Assembly: GCA_002898395.1 (NCBI GenBank)
Contig: BEHE01000006.1
Span: 29,122-93,121 of the forward strand
Direction: 5' to 3'
Source of the DNA: Candidatus Calditenuaceae archaeon HR02
GTDB lineage: Archaea; Thermoproteota; Nitrososphaeria_A; Caldarchaeales; Calditenuaceae
Length of the DNA stretch: 64,000 nt
Shown: positions 39,908 through 49,056 of the stretch, piece after piece
Numbering within the stretch: position 1 is the first letter of the stretch
Layout of the letters: every line of letters begins with the position of its first letter
The notes under the pieces: generated by a model
Database searches by the model: none
What the model saw: only the letters and a program-made list of their open reading frames with translations
Told to the model about the DNA's origin: nothing
Translations under genes and position numbers: made by a program

Positions 39908-42346
39908 ATGTCCGGTGTTAGTCGCAGAGATTTCGTAAAGGTAGCTATCGCTACAGCGGCGGCCGGAACAATAGGCACCCTTGTATCAGTGCCGCGTGGG
40001 GTGCTCCTTCAGCTACAAACCGATGTATTGCACGCTGAATCGGGGTATAGGTTTGTCCAGGATAGTTGGGTGGCGAGCACTTGTCTCCAGTGCCCAGCCG
40101 GCTGCGGCATAGCTGTACGAGTTGTTGGGGATAGGGTGGTGAAGATAGAGGGTAACCCACTCCACCCTATAAATAGGGGCTCCATATGCCCCAAGGCCCA
40201 CTATGGGCTCCAGATACTCTATGATCCTGACAGGGTTAGGGGCCCGCTTATCAGGGTGGGGGAGAGGGGCTCGCATGGGTTCAGGGAGGCTAGCTGGGGG
40301 GAGGCCCTGAGTCTTGTCGCTTCTAGGCTCCTTGAACTGAGAAAGGCCGGCACGCCTGAGAGGTTTGTCTGGCTAGACGGCAGGGTTAGAGGGAATATGG
40401 GCGACTTCATCACGAGATTCACCACCGCTTATGGGACACCCAACCGGATAGGCCATAGCAGCATCTGCTCCGACGGCGCCGTGATAGCCCACTACCTCAC
40501 ACAGGGAGTTAAGCACTACCTCGCATACGACTGGCAGAACACAAACTATCTCCTACTATTCGGCGCCTCCTTCCTAGAGGCATGGCGCCCTACAACGAGG
40601 CTTCTTAGAAGCTATGGACACATCAGGGGCGAGAGGCCTATCAGGGCCAAGATAGTCGTCGCAGAGGTGAGATACTCAACTACCGCCGTCAAAGCGGACG
40701 AGTGGCTGAGGATAAGGCCAGGGACAGATGGCGCACTTGCTCTCGGCATAGCCCACGTGATTGTTAGGGACAGGCTGTATGACAAGGAGTTTGTCGAAAA
40801 CTACACCTACGGCTTCGAGGAATTCTCTGAACTGCTACTATCTAAATATGGCGTGGATTGGGCTGAAAAAATCACAGGTGTTCCGGCAGAGACGATTGAG
40901 AGAGTCGCACGCGAATTCGCGACCACGAGGCCCGCCATAGCAGCTGGCCAAAGAGGAGCCATGATGCAGCCCAACGGTGTCTTCAACTATATGGCTATAC
41001 ACTCGCTGAACGCGTTGGTCGGAAGCATCGGTAAAAAAGGTGGAGTGCTTGTCCAGAAGTCGCCGCCGTTCAAACCATGGCCTCCCCTCGAGCTTGACGA
41101 GGTCGCAAAGGCAGGGTTAAGCAACACGAGGATAGACTACGCCGGGACAGAGAAGTATCCATTCGCAAAGAATGTTTACCAGCAGGTCCCAGAATCGATA
41201 CTCGAGGAAAAACCCTACCCTGTTGAGGTGCTGATGACATACTACACCAACCCAGTGTTCTCTTCACCCAACATGAGTATGTGGCAGAAAGCTTTGGAGA
41301 AGGTGCCGTTCATAGTAAGCACATCACCCTTTATGGATGAGACTACATCCATCTACGCAGACGTCGTCCTCCCAGACCACACCTATCTGGAGCGGTTTAT
41401 GGATGACGTCATCTACCCGAGCCTAGGCTATCCGGTGGCCTCCATCCGCCAGCCAGTAGTCAAGCCGCTCTACAATACGATGAACACTGGAGACGTCATA
41501 ATTCAGCTTGCCAGACGTATCGGCGGAGTAGTTTCCGCTGCATTCCCATGGGATACCTTCGAGGAGGCGATAAGATACAGGTGGAGTGGTGTATGGGAGA
41601 GTGGGAGAGGCAAGGTTGGCCCAATACGCTTGAACCGAATGAGCAGCTTCGAGGAGTTCTGGTCCAACGTCCTCAAGTACGGTTTCTGGGCCGAGCCACC
41701 CTATGTTTTTGAAGATTATGAACACGAGCTTCGAACAAGGACCAAGAAGTTTGAGTTCTACTCCACGATGCTTGAAGAAAAGCTGCAGGCTCTGGCGGAG
41801 AAGCTCTCAGAGAAGGAGGGAATCCAATTTGAAGAGGCATTTGAGAAGGTTTTAAACAGTCTGAACATCAAGGCGAGGGGCAAGGAAGTCTTCCTACCGC
41901 ACTTCGAGGAGCCGGAGTTTGTGGGCAGCCCAGCCGAGTACCCCCTCATCCTAGCCACCTACAAGTCAATCATGCACGCTGAGGGGAGAGGCACCAATAG
42001 CCCATGGGCCTTGGCCAGCTGGGGGCCACACGTCAGGATGGGCTGGAGGAACTGGGTCGAGATACATCCACTCGCGGCGGAGAAGCTCGGCATCAAGGAC
42101 GGCGACGCGGTCGTCGTCGAGTCGCCCGCCGGCCGCCTAGTAACCGTGGCGAAGATACGTCAAACATCGTCGCCCGAAGTGGTTGTTATGCCCTTTGGAA
42201 TAGGCAGGTCGGCCTATGGCAGATGGGCCTCTAGGACAGGCAAGAATGTGAACGAGATACTTGCAGAGAGGCGGGAGATGCTCTCGGGCTCGGCCGGTTT
42301 CACATCTACCCGTGTGAGGGTCTTCAAGGTTGGAGGTGGTGCCTGA
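39908..42346 (+). CDS. Tat-exported Mo/W-bisPGD oxidoreductase catalytic subunit, ArxA/ArrA/PsrA clade
   Basis: SRRDFVK Tat motif, CLQCPAGC..CPK 4Fe-4S site, IGHSSICSDG, NYLLLFGASFLEAWRP. Confidence 0.9.
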   Translation: MSGVSRRDFVKVAIATAAAGTIGTLVSVPRGVLLQLQTDVLHAESGYRFVQDSWVASTCLQCPAGCGIAVRVVGDRVVKIEGNPLHPINRGSICPKAHYGLQILYDPDRVRGPLIRVGERGSHGFREASWGEALSLVASRLLELRKAGTPERFVWLDGRVRGNMGDFITRFTTAYGTPNRIGHSSICSDGAVIAHYLTQGVKHYLAYDWQNTNYLLLFGASFLEAWRPTTRLLRSYGHIRGERPIRAKIVVAEVRYSTTAVKADEWLRIRPGTDGALALGIAHVIVRDRLYDKEFVENYTYGFEEFSELLLSKYGVDWAEKITGVPAETIERVAREFATTRPAIAAGQRGAMMQPNGVFNYMAIHSLNALVGSIGKKGGVLVQKSPPFKPWPPLELDEVAKAGLSNTRIDYAGTEKYPFAKNVYQQVPESILEEKPYPVEVLMTYYTNPVFSSPNMSMWQKALEKVPFIVSTSPFMDETTSIYADVVLPDHTYLERFMDDVIYPSLGYPVASIRQPVVKPLYNTMNTGDVIIQLARRIGGVVSAAFPWDTFEEAIRYRWSGVWESGRGKVGPIRLNRMSSFEEFWSNVLKYGFWAEPPYVFEDYEHELRTRTKKFEFYSTMLEEKLQALAEKLSEKEGIQFEEAFEKVLNSLNIKARGKEVFLPHFEEPEFVGSPAEYPLILATYKSIMHAEGRGTNSPWALASWGPHVRMGWRNWVEIHPLAAEKLGIKDGDAVVVESPAGRLVTVAKIRQTSSPEVVVMPFGIGRSAYGRWASRTGKNVNEILAERREMLSGSAGFTSTRVRVFKVGGGA

Positions 42347-43161
42347 TGGTTAGGTGGGGCATGGCTATCGATTTGGACAAATGCACGGCATGCCAAGCCT
42401 GCGTAGTGGCCTGTAAGGCTGAGAACAACGTGCCTATAGGAAGCGAGGCCGACCAGCTCAACGGCAGACAGATCGCGTGGATGGACCTAGTCGTGAAGGA
42501 CGTGGAAGGGGGGACGGTTATGCTTCCGAGGCCTTGCATGCACTGCGACAATCCGCCATGTGTACAGGTATGCCCGGTCGGAGCCACATACCAACGCGGA
42601 GATGGAATCGTCACCCAAGACTATAGCCGGTGCATAGGCTGTAGGCTCTGCATGGTGGCATGTCCCTACGGGGTCAGATATTTCAACTGGCGTGAGCCGT
42701 CGTGGCCCGACACATTCACAGAATACCTAAACCCGAGCGTCCCGGTTAGACCTGCAGGAGTCGTAGAAAAGTGTACATTCTGCGTCCATAGGATAGAGAG
42801 GCTCAGAAATGACATATCCACGGGAAATATACCGCCTGCCGTCGCTAAGGCTGTGCGGGGTGAAGCCGATATGGAGAAGAAGATGAGCAAAGCCATCGAC
42901 ACTCTTATGCGTAGACTCGTCACAAAGAGTGATGAGGTTGATGAGGCTGAGCCTGAAGAGATGTGGAGCGACTTCGACTTCAGGGAACTTAACTACCTGC
43001 CGTCATGTGTAAGGTCATGCACAGGAAGAGCCATCATCTTCGGAGACCTAGAGGACCCGGAGAGCCTTGTCTCGCAGATGGCCAGGAGCAAGAGAGCTTT
43101 CAGGCTCTTTGAAGAGTTTGGGACGGAGCCTAAGGTTATTTATCTGCAGGAGGGGAGGTAA
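42346..43161 (+). CDS. 4Fe-4S dicluster electron-transfer subunit (NrfC/PsrB-like)
   Basis: CTACQACVVAC, CMHCDNPPCVQVCP, CIGCRLCMVACPY, KCTFC..CVRSC. Confidence 0.93.
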   Translation: MVRWGMAIDLDKCTACQACVVACKAENNVPIGSEADQLNGRQIAWMDLVVKDVEGGTVMLPRPCMHCDNPPCVQVCPVGATYQRGDGIVTQDYSRCIGCRLCMVACPYGVRYFNWREPSWPDTFTEYLNPSVPVRPAGVVEKCTFCVHRIERLRNDISTGNIPPAVAKAVRGEADMEKKMSKAIDTLMRRLVTKSDEVDEAEPEEMWSDFDFRELNYLPSCVRSCTGRAIIFGDLEDPESLVSQMARSKRAFRLFEEFGTEPKVIYLQEGR

Positions 43162-44700
43162 ATGTCGGAGCAGCGGGAGAAATACTATACCACCGGCGTC
43201 TTCAGCGGGACAACATTCCTGACACTGGGCGTCCTATTGACTATTATCGGGCTCGCGGTATATTCGTGGCTCCAGCAGCTCTCCATCGGGCTCGGCGTTA
43301 CGGGGCTCAACAGGCCCGCGGTCTGGGGAATATACATGGCGAACTTTGTCTTCTTTATCAGCATAAGCATGTCGGGAACCTTCATCTCAGCCGTTATGAG
43401 GCTGCTCAACCTCGAGTGGGGCAAGCCTATAACACGAGTCGCAGAAGTAATCACCGTCGCGAGCTTGGTGATGGCGGCTCTAAACATACTGTTCGACGTG
43501 GGACAGCCCTTCCGAGCCCTCATCTACATCCCATTGTTCGGAAGGATACAGTCGCCCGTGGGATGGGATGTGATAGTCCTGCTCTTCTACCTCCTCACAT
43601 CGCTCGGATATCTCCACATTAGCCTGATACCCGATGCTGCAGTGTTATCGGAGCGTGAGACAAGGCTCTCATGGCTCTACAGGCTCCTGCGGTATGATTG
43701 GAGCGGCGCCGAGCACCAAGTCCACCTCCTAGAATCGGCGCTCAAGATACTGGCCGTGGTGACTATTCCCATTGCCGTGATGATGCACACTGTTACAGGA
43801 TGGATATTCGGCGGCATGAAAGCTGTTCCAACGTGGAACGACGCGCTCTTCGGCCCCTACTTCATAATAGGGGCGCTACTTTCAGGACTCTCTCTCATCA
43901 TAATCACAGCGGCCGTCATCAGAGAGCGCTACAGGCTCCAAGAAATAATGTCTGAAAAAGCCTTCACAAACCTAGGCAAAATCTTGGTCGTCTTCCTCTT
44001 GGGCTATCTATACTTCTTCCTGGCAGAAAACTTCACCGTCAGGTATGCGGCCGCCGCCGAGGATTTCCACGTCTCAGAGTTTTTGTGGACGGGACCCTAC
44101 AGCCCGTTTACGTGGTATATCCTCGTCTCGCTTGTGGTTCCCAGCATAGTCCTCCTCATCCCCTCTCTGAGGTCTTACAGGACAGTAGTTGCTATGGCGG
44201 GTGTTGTCCTCCCTGCTATGTGGGTTAAAAGAGTCCTGATCGTCGTACCAGGCCTCTTAAACCAGACTAGACTTCCGACGGTCCAGGGCCCTGTCGCCGA
44301 CTACGCCCCCACTCATGTTGAGCTCCTGCTCACCGCAGGCTCATTCGCGGGACTTGCCCTCGTGCTGCTGCTCTTCACGAAGCTCTTCCCGACCTTCCCG
44401 GTATGGGAGATTTTCGGCCATACGAAGACTAGGGAGGAGCCTGCCTCAAGGATATCGCTGAGGGCCGTCTTCACGGGGTGGATGTCGGGGATATCAGTCT
44501 CGTCGGCCTTTGTGTTTGCATGGGCTGTCGCGACTTTGACGCTGGGTGAGAAGGCAGCCACGTCCTACTCTGTGAAACTGATGCCGACTTCTGTAGAAGT
44601 TCTCGTCACGCCAGAGCTCGTCACCTCATCGATGATCAACCTTCTCAGCGTAGTGGTGCTCGCCGGGATTCTAGCAATACTACTTGTGAGGGAAGGCTGA
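43162..44700 (+). CDS. NrfD/PsrC-family membrane anchor
   Basis: WGIYMANFVFF, R.AE, D.GQPFR, SP..WD, HTVTGW; two extra C-terminal TM segments. Confidence 0.9.
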   Translation: MSEQREKYYTTGVFSGTTFLTLGVLLTIIGLAVYSWLQQLSIGLGVTGLNRPAVWGIYMANFVFFISISMSGTFISAVMRLLNLEWGKPITRVAEVITVASLVMAALNILFDVGQPFRALIYIPLFGRIQSPVGWDVIVLLFYLLTSLGYLHISLIPDAAVLSERETRLSWLYRLLRYDWSGAEHQVHLLESALKILAVVTIPIAVMMHTVTGWIFGGMKAVPTWNDALFGPYFIIGALLSGLSLIIITAAVIRERYRLQEIMSEKAFTNLGKILVVFLLGYLYFFLAENFTVRYAAAAEDFHVSEFLWTGPYSPFTWYILVSLVVPSIVLLIPSLRSYRTVVAMAGVVLPAMWVKRVLIVVPGLLNQTRLPTVQGPVADYAPTHVELLLTAGSFAGLALVLLLFTKLFPTFPVWEIFGHTKTREEPASRISLRAVFTGWMSGISVSSAFVFAWAVATLTLGEKAATSYSVKLMPTSVEVLVTPELVTSSMINLLSVVVLAGILAILLVREG

Positions 44701-44763
44701 GGAGAGGCAGCGGTTCCTTAGCAGCAGGAAGGGTTTTTAGCCCGTAGGACATCTCACCGGCAG

Positions 44764-46092
44764 ATGAGAAGTTTGGGTGACCTGAGGGGCTATTTTGACG
44801 TGGTTGTTGTTGGTGGGGGTGCCGTTGGTGTTTTCACCGCGCTTGACCTCGCGCTTCGAGGTGTCTCTGTGTTGTTGCTGGAGAGGGGAAGGCTCTGCTC
44901 CGGGACTTCGGGGAGGAGTCATGGGATGCTCCACAGCGGGGCGAGGTACGCTACTACTGACCCGGAGGCGGCTCGGGAGTGTATCAGGGAGAACAGGATA
45001 ATCTCTGAGATGGCTCCACACTGTGTCAGGGACACCGGCGGCATCTTCGTCTCCGTGAGGAGAGCGGAGGAGGACTACCACCAGGAACTGGCCTCAGCAT
45101 GTCTGAGGGCGGGTATTCCCGTGAGGGACCTTGATGTTGGGACACTTAAGGCGCTGGAGCCCCATGTGAGTCCTGATGCCAGGAGCGCGGCCCTTGTCCC
45201 GGACAAGGTGGTTTATGCGAGAGAGCTGGTCGCTTCTACGGCGCTTCTCGCGGTTTCGAGGGGTGCAAGCATCGTTGAGGAGGCGCGGGTCTGCGGTATC
45301 AAGGTGGAGGGGGGCGAGGTCGTGGGCATTGAGGCGCTCTCAGACGGTGAGTTGTTTAGGGTTGGGTGCAAGGGTGTTGTCAACGCTGCTGGGCCCTGGT
45401 GTGGCAGGGTTGCGGAGCTGGCCGGCGTCCGGGTCGGGGTCCTCCCTGCCGCGGGAGTGATGGGCGTCACATACGCAAACCTGACGCGCCACATAATCAA
45501 CAGGATGAGGCCTCCTAGCGACGGCGACATAATCGTCCCCTATGGCCCCGGCGTCACGATCTCTGGTACGACGGCGGTACTCGTCGAAGACCCAGATAGA
45601 GTCGAGGTTGGAGATGAGGATGCTAGGGTTATACTGCAGGAGTGCGGCGAGGTTATCCCCGCTCTGCGGAGGCTCGGGTTCTCGAGACTCTACGCCTCTG
45701 TCAGGCCCCTTGTCTCACCCGGTGAGGGTTCAGTTGGGGTAAGGGAGATTACACGGAGCTTCGAGGTCATAGACCACTCTGGGGACGGGGCTCGGGGGCT
45801 TGTGACGGCGCTTGGAGGGAAGCTGACGACTGCGAGGCTGGAGGCTGAAAGGGCCGCGGACCTCATCGCGCCGCACATAGGTGCTTCGAGGGGGAGCTTC
45901 ACCGAGAAGGTGAGGCTAGACCTGCTGGGCGAGGATGACTTGAGGGAGCTGGCCGACCGGCTGGGGTCTGGGGAGCTGGGTGGAAGGCTTGCAACCATCC
46001 TAAGAGAAGCCTTAGACACAATCGATGCCGAGAGGTATCGGGGCCTACTTCTCCCACTCAAGTTCGCCTCGATGATGGGTGCATCCTCATGA
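44764..46092 (+). CDS. FAD-dependent glycerol-3-phosphate dehydrogenase GlpA-like
   Basis: VVGGGAVG, GTSGRSHGMLHSGARY, NAAGPW, GGKLTTAR. Confidence 0.85.
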   Translation: MRSLGDLRGYFDVVVVGGGAVGVFTALDLALRGVSVLLLERGRLCSGTSGRSHGMLHSGARYATTDPEAARECIRENRIISEMAPHCVRDTGGIFVSVRRAEEDYHQELASACLRAGIPVRDLDVGTLKALEPHVSPDARSAALVPDKVVYARELVASTALLAVSRGASIVEEARVCGIKVEGGEVVGIEALSDGELFRVGCKGVVNAAGPWCGRVAELAGVRVGVLPAAGVMGVTYANLTRHIINRMRPPSDGDIIVPYGPGVTISGTTAVLVEDPDRVEVGDEDARVILQECGEVIPALRRLGFSRLYASVRPLVSPGEGSVGVREITRSFEVIDHSGDGARGLVTALGGKLTTARLEAERAADLIAPHIGASRGSFTEKVRLDLLGEDDLRELADRLGSGELGGRLATILREALDTIDAERYRGLLLPLKFASMMGASS

Positions 46093-46562
46093 GGCTTGAG
46101 GGCGTGCTGAGAGTCGGGGCGCCGCCAGAGCTATGCCTGGAAAGGCTCAGAGACCCTTCATGGCTTAGGGGATGTCTGCCCAACCTCACCTCCCTCGAGC
46201 AGACCGATGAAGGCGAGTTCACGGCGGTCTTCCACCTAGACCTCTCGGAGATAGCGAGGGTCGCGGACTATCTTGCACGAATTAGGGTCGAGATGAGGTT
46301 CACCTATATGGGCGCGGGCCCGGCCCAGGTGGTCTTGAGGGGTGTGGGGAGGGTCGTCGGAGCACGCGTCATCATCACAATCTCGGTGGATGTACAGCCA
46401 GCCGATGGTGGTGGAAGCCTTCTTAGATGGAGCTCCGACTTGGAGCTGGGAATCATCGAGAGGCTGCTCGGAGGAGAGACGGTTAGAAGAGTTGCGGAGA
46501 AGCAGGTTGGAGCCCTGACCAACTGTCTGAGAGAAGTGCTCGGCGGAGGCCCGAGAGACTGA
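46089..46562 (+). CDS. CoxG/SRPBCC-domain protein
   Basis: LRDP..L..CLP motif and START-like layout. Confidence 0.75.
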   Translation: MRLEGVLRVGAPPELCLERLRDPSWLRGCLPNLTSLEQTDEGEFTAVFHLDLSEIARVADYLARIRVEMRFTYMGAGPAQVVLRGVGRVVGARVIITISVDVQPADGGGSLLRWSSDLELGIIERLLGGETVRRVAEKQVGALTNCLREVLGGGPRD

Positions 46563-46760
46563 ACACTCTCCCAGGCCAGAGCACCTACTCTGTGAAGGTT
46601 TTTGTGTGGGGCGGCCACGCTATTCGCGGTAGCAACTATCCTATTCTCTTCATGATTGATTTTTAGGATCAGGGATAACAACTCGCATAGCTTTTTGGCG
46701 AATAGTGCTGATGGGTTTTGACTGGTTAGGTTTTTAGGCGTCGCTTCTTGTCTGCGGTGT

Positions 46761-47627
46761 TTGGGTTTGAGGGTTTATAATCCCTATGTGGGGTGGGTTG
46801 AGCATCCTGATAGGCCGTCGAGGATTGTGAGTCTGTGCCCCTCAGTTACGGAGACTCTGTTTATGCTTGGTGTGGGTGGGAGGGTTGTGGGTGTTTCGAG
46901 CTGGTGCCACAGGCCCCGTGAGGCTCTAGAGAGACCGAAGGTGGGCAGCTATACTGAAATCGTCAGGGATAAGATAATGGGGCTCGAGCCCGAGCTAGTA
47001 TTTACGACGGTTGGTGCTCAGCGTAGAGTCCTCGAGGAGCTGTTAGCCCTAGGCTATCCGACGTACCCGGTGCCGCTGCCCAAGGATGTCTATGCCATCT
47101 TGTCGATGGTGGTTGAGGTGGGCGGGATGGTTGGGGAGCCTGAGAATGCATTGAGGCTGGCTGACAGGCTTGCAGGCCGCCTGGATGAGCTGAGGGCCTT
47201 AGGTAGCGGCGGTGAAGCGCCCAGGGTATACGTCGAGATTGACCTAGGAGGGCCGACGGTGCCAGCCTACTTCAACCACATCAACTCTGCATTCCACTTG
47301 GCGGGGATAGCTAACATATTCGGCGACTCTCCGCGCGAATACTTGTATGGAATGAGTGTGGGAGACTATCCCGTGCTGGATGTAGTCGGCGAGCTGGTGA
47401 AGAGAGACCCAGACGTGATTATCTACGAGTCGAAGAGCTTCCACCCATCACCGGATGAGGGTCTAAGAATGATGAAGATGAGGGGGCTGGAGAGGTTGAG
47501 GGCCGTCAAGACAGGTAATGTTCTGACACTCCCAGCCGATACGCTTGCACATTATGGCCCCTCCTTCCTAGAGGAGGCCGTGAAAGTCTGTGATAGAGTC
47601 TGGGATATGTTTGTTCGTCGGTCTTGA
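46761..47627 (+). CDS. helical-backbone metal receptor (BtuF-like), no evident signal peptide
   Basis: PSRIVSLCPSVTETLF, VVGVS, DPDVII, AVKTGNV. Confidence 0.85.
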   Translation: MGLRVYNPYVGWVEHPDRPSRIVSLCPSVTETLFMLGVGGRVVGVSSWCHRPREALERPKVGSYTEIVRDKIMGLEPELVFTTVGAQRRVLEELLALGYPTYPVPLPKDVYAILSMVVEVGGMVGEPENALRLADRLAGRLDELRALGSGGEAPRVYVEIDLGGPTVPAYFNHINSAFHLAGIANIFGDSPREYLYGMSVGDYPVLDVVGELVKRDPDVIIYESKSFHPSPDEGLRMMKMRGLERLRAVKTGNVLTLPADTLAHYGPSFLEEAVKVCDRVWDMFVRRS

Positions 47628-47736
47628 CCCGCCGGCTTCCACTATCCACGGGAACCTTCCTTGCGAGGGTTTAGGGGCGGAGGGTTTTTGGCTGGGATGA
47701 GTGTATCATTTGCTGGTGTGTGGTGTGGAGAGCTGG

Positions 47737-49056
47737 ATGGGGTATAGTGGCTTTCTCTTGGAGATGATTAGGGCTGCGGGGGTGGAGATTGGTGATGAGA
47801 TCGTGGTGGAGAGACCCGATGGTTCGAGCTTCCGCGGCCTTCTCATGTTCAAGGGCGAGCTCTCTGCAGAGAACATAGTAGTCATCAAGCTGGGCAATGG
47901 CTATAATGTGGGCGTCGCGGTCGACCCCTCCTGTAGGATTAGGAGGGTTGCGCCCGGCAGGAAGCCAGCCTTCGTGAGGCCGCCTCCACCCCCTCCGAGG
48001 GAGGGGCTTCCGCGCGTCAAGATCATCGGGACCGGCGGGACGATCGCGAGCCGCGTAGACTATAGGACAGGCGCGGTCAGGCCGGCGATCTCGTCGGAGG
48101 ACCTGGTCTCACTCGTCCCCGAGCTCTCCGAGATAGCCACGGTCGACGCCGAGGTCCTGTTATCCGTGTATAGCGAGGACTTGACTGTCCGGGAGTGGGG
48201 AATGATTGCAGAGGCCGTGTGGAGAGTCTTGGAGAAGAGGGAGTTCAGCGGCGTAATCCTTACACACGGGACCGACACGATGCACTATACGTCGGCCGCC
48301 CTGAGCTTTGCCTTGCAGAGGCCGCCGGTCCCTGTGATACTCGTCGGCTCGCAGAGGAGCAGCGACAGACCCTCAAGCGACGCGGCTCTAAACCTGATAG
48401 GGGCTACGTGGGCCGCGGCCCGCGCACCCTTCGCCGAGGTCGTGGTGGCGATGCATGCTGGGCACTCAGACGATGCCATCGCATTCCACAGGGGGACGAG
48501 GGTGGTGAAGATGCACACCAGCAGCAGGAGCGCGTTCAAGAGTGTCAACGCCTCGCCATTAGCAGTCCTCCGGGGTCAGGACCTCACCGTCCTCGACGAG
48601 TATAATCCGCGGGGCGGCGACGGGTTCAGCTATGAGCCAGGGTTCAGCGATAGGGCCGCGCTGGTCAAGTTCTACCCCGGGATGAGCCCCGAGATCCTAG
48701 AGTACCTCGCGGAGCGGGGCATGCGGGGGGTGGTTATCGAAGGGACTGGGCTTGGGCATGTGGCCCGATCATGGATACCGGTTGTCAAGGCGCTTGTGGA
48801 CTCGGGCTTCTTTGTGGGAATGGCCTCCCAGTGCAGGTTTGGGAGGGTGAACATGAGGGTCTACAACACGGGCCGCGACCTCTTGAGGGCTGGGGTCGTC
48901 GAGCTTGGAGACCTCCTACCAGAGGTGGCGCTGGTCAAGCTCATGTGGGTCCTCTACAGGGCTCAGAGCCTCCCCGATGTCTCCAAGATGATGATTACGC
49001 CGGTGGCTCGGGAGCTGGGCGCGAGGATGCTCCCCGAGGGGGTTGAGCCGGCTTGA
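47737..49056 (+). CDS. gatD: Glu-tRNA(Gln) amidotransferase subunit D
   Basis: KL.NGYNVG, TGGTIASRVDYRTG, HGTDTM, SQRSSDRPSSD. Confidence 0.96.
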   Translation: MGYSGFLLEMIRAAGVEIGDEIVVERPDGSSFRGLLMFKGELSAENIVVIKLGNGYNVGVAVDPSCRIRRVAPGRKPAFVRPPPPPPREGLPRVKIIGTGGTIASRVDYRTGAVRPAISSEDLVSLVPELSEIATVDAEVLLSVYSEDLTVREWGMIAEAVWRVLEKREFSGVILTHGTDTMHYTSAALSFALQRPPVPVILVGSQRSSDRPSSDAALNLIGATWAAARAPFAEVVVAMHAGHSDDAIAFHRGTRVVKMHTSSRSAFKSVNASPLAVLRGQDLTVLDEYNPRGGDGFSYEPGFSDRAALVKFYPGMSPEILEYLAERGMRGVVIEGTGLGHVARSWIPVVKALVDSGFFVGMASQCRFGRVNMRVYNTGRDLLRAGVVELGDLLPEVALVKLMWVLYRAQSLPDVSKMMITPVARELGARMLPEGVEPA

